Below are positions 62,587 through 64,000 of a stretch of DNA of 64,000 nt, piece after piece. The notes beneath the pieces were generated by a model that saw only the letters and a list, made by a program, of their open reading frames with translations, ran no database searches and was not told the origin of the DNA. A program made the position numbers and the translations under genes. Position 1 is the stretch's first letter. The number at the start of each line of letters is the position of its first letter. The stretch lies in the NCBI GenBank assembly GCA_965153285.1, contig OZ229111.1, one strand, 5' to 3'. The DNA comes from Podarcis tiliguerta (Eukaryota).

Positions 62587-63204
62587 AAATAAGTTGGAGT
62601 CTTTGTTATTAAATATACCAAGAAAAAAGCACACCAAGAACTCAGGCCAATGCAAGTTTCAATAGTGGGAGTGGTCCCTACTCAGAATTGAATAGTCAAT
62701 AGGACAGGAACAGGGCCATGTTTCAATGTATTCACCTTCATCAGCTAATTTTTAAGTTTGAAGTTTGAAAGTTTGAAGATTTTCAGATAAATATATCCTG
62801 TTATATATTGATATATAGAAAATAACAGGATATATCTATCCGAAAGTCTTCAAACTTACAAACTTAAAAATTTGCTAACGAAGGTGAAGACATCGAAACA
62901 GAGCCCTGTCCTGGTGTCCAATCAATAATTGACTTCTGACTTCTGCTCTATGATTGAAACTGAGTCTCCATCTGCAAGCTGATAAATTATAAGGATCAAC
63001 ATTATTGTCGAGTGAAAAAGAGAAAATCTTTGTAACGAATTATTGTGTTATACATATCTCTTTGAGTTTGTAATCTCTGTTAGAGTTTATAATCTCTATT
63101 TGAGTTTGTAATCTTTATTATAATACATAGTTTTGAATGGATTAGTTTTTGTTACTATTGACTATTGAATTGTGAGTAGGGACGACTCCCACTATTGAAA
63201 CTTA
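62587..63204. mobile_element. Penelope-like element remnant: inverted pseudo-LTRs with minimal hammerhead motifs
   Basis: Inverted arms ~62649-62805 versus ~62822-62912 and 63155-63207. Each arm has CT(G/A)A(T/C)GA...GAAAC...GT(C/T). A 13-bp direct repeat CACTAACCCACTT lies at 62574-62586 and 63205-63217. Confidence 0.72.
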
Positions 63205-63522
63205 CACTAACCCACTTCATGCATTATTCCAGTGATGGGATCAATGTGTAGAATGAAGCAGAGGGACTAGGCCACCAGTCCTGCACTCAACATCATGCAG
63301 CTTCCCCCACCCCTGATGTTCACATATTAGGCATGGATTTTTGAGTCTATGGGTACAGGCTGCCATCACAGCTGCACATCATAGGAAAGGCCAGGAAAAA
63401 GATGTGTGGCATCGGATGCAACGTGTCCCCACTGTCCTTTTCTATATTTGGGACATCTTCATATGAGTAATGTGCAAAGAGGCTTTCCATCTTTTATATA
63501 TGCAAAAATGAAGGATTTTCTA

Positions 63523-63696
<174 letters not shown>

Positions 63697-64000
63697 TTAT
63701 AATTATGAACATTTAATTTCTAACATGCACTTGTTGGGTTGGGGAAGAGAAGAAACAAATGGACTTATCTATCCTATCCATGTACATCAGGATGGTCTAA
63801 CGTGTGGGGACACCCCTTGCCCCTGCAGCCCTTGTACTGCCTTCCCAAAGCCAGGTAAGCGAGGTGCTGGGCTTTGGAAAGGATTCATGAGGGCTCCAAT
63901 AGGGTTCTACAGCCCCCCCCCCTTTCCCAAAGCCTAGTTAGCTCTTTCCCAGCTTTCAGAAGATGGGTGGGCTCTAGGACCCTGCCAGAGCCCTCACACC

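Overview
Vertebrate genomic DNA, almost certainly from a lacertid lizard (it carries a full-length Podarcis-type Sauria SINE plus Squam3-like, BovB, L2 and CR1 repeats). The window spans the convergent 3' ends of two genes that are also neighbours in mammals. On the + strand are the last three coding exons of ARHGAP26/GRAF1 (7322-7432, 12926-13017, 17970-18058; Ser/Pro-rich linker and SH3). On the - strand are exons 4-9 of the glucocorticoid receptor NR3C1 (63552-63668, 59757-60035, 58113-58257, 49394-49524, 48315-48472, 47687-47839), followed by a ~6.35-kb 3'UTR ending near 41334. All splice sites are GT-AG and phases join in frame. Almost all ORFs in the supplied track are spurious. Best leads: two apparently amniote-conserved RNA stems in the GR 3'UTR, next to miR-18 and miR-124 seed sites; an inverted Penelope-like insertion with two degenerate minimal hammerhead ribozymes in NR3C1 intron 4; a tailless 7SK 5'-hairpin retrocopy with an 8-bp target duplication in intron 6; a candidate SH3-truncating alternative exon of ARHGAP26; and a young CpG-rich MITE with a hairpin minisatellite in intron 6. 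Comparisons to human sequence and repeat consensuses are from memory and need checking by alignment.
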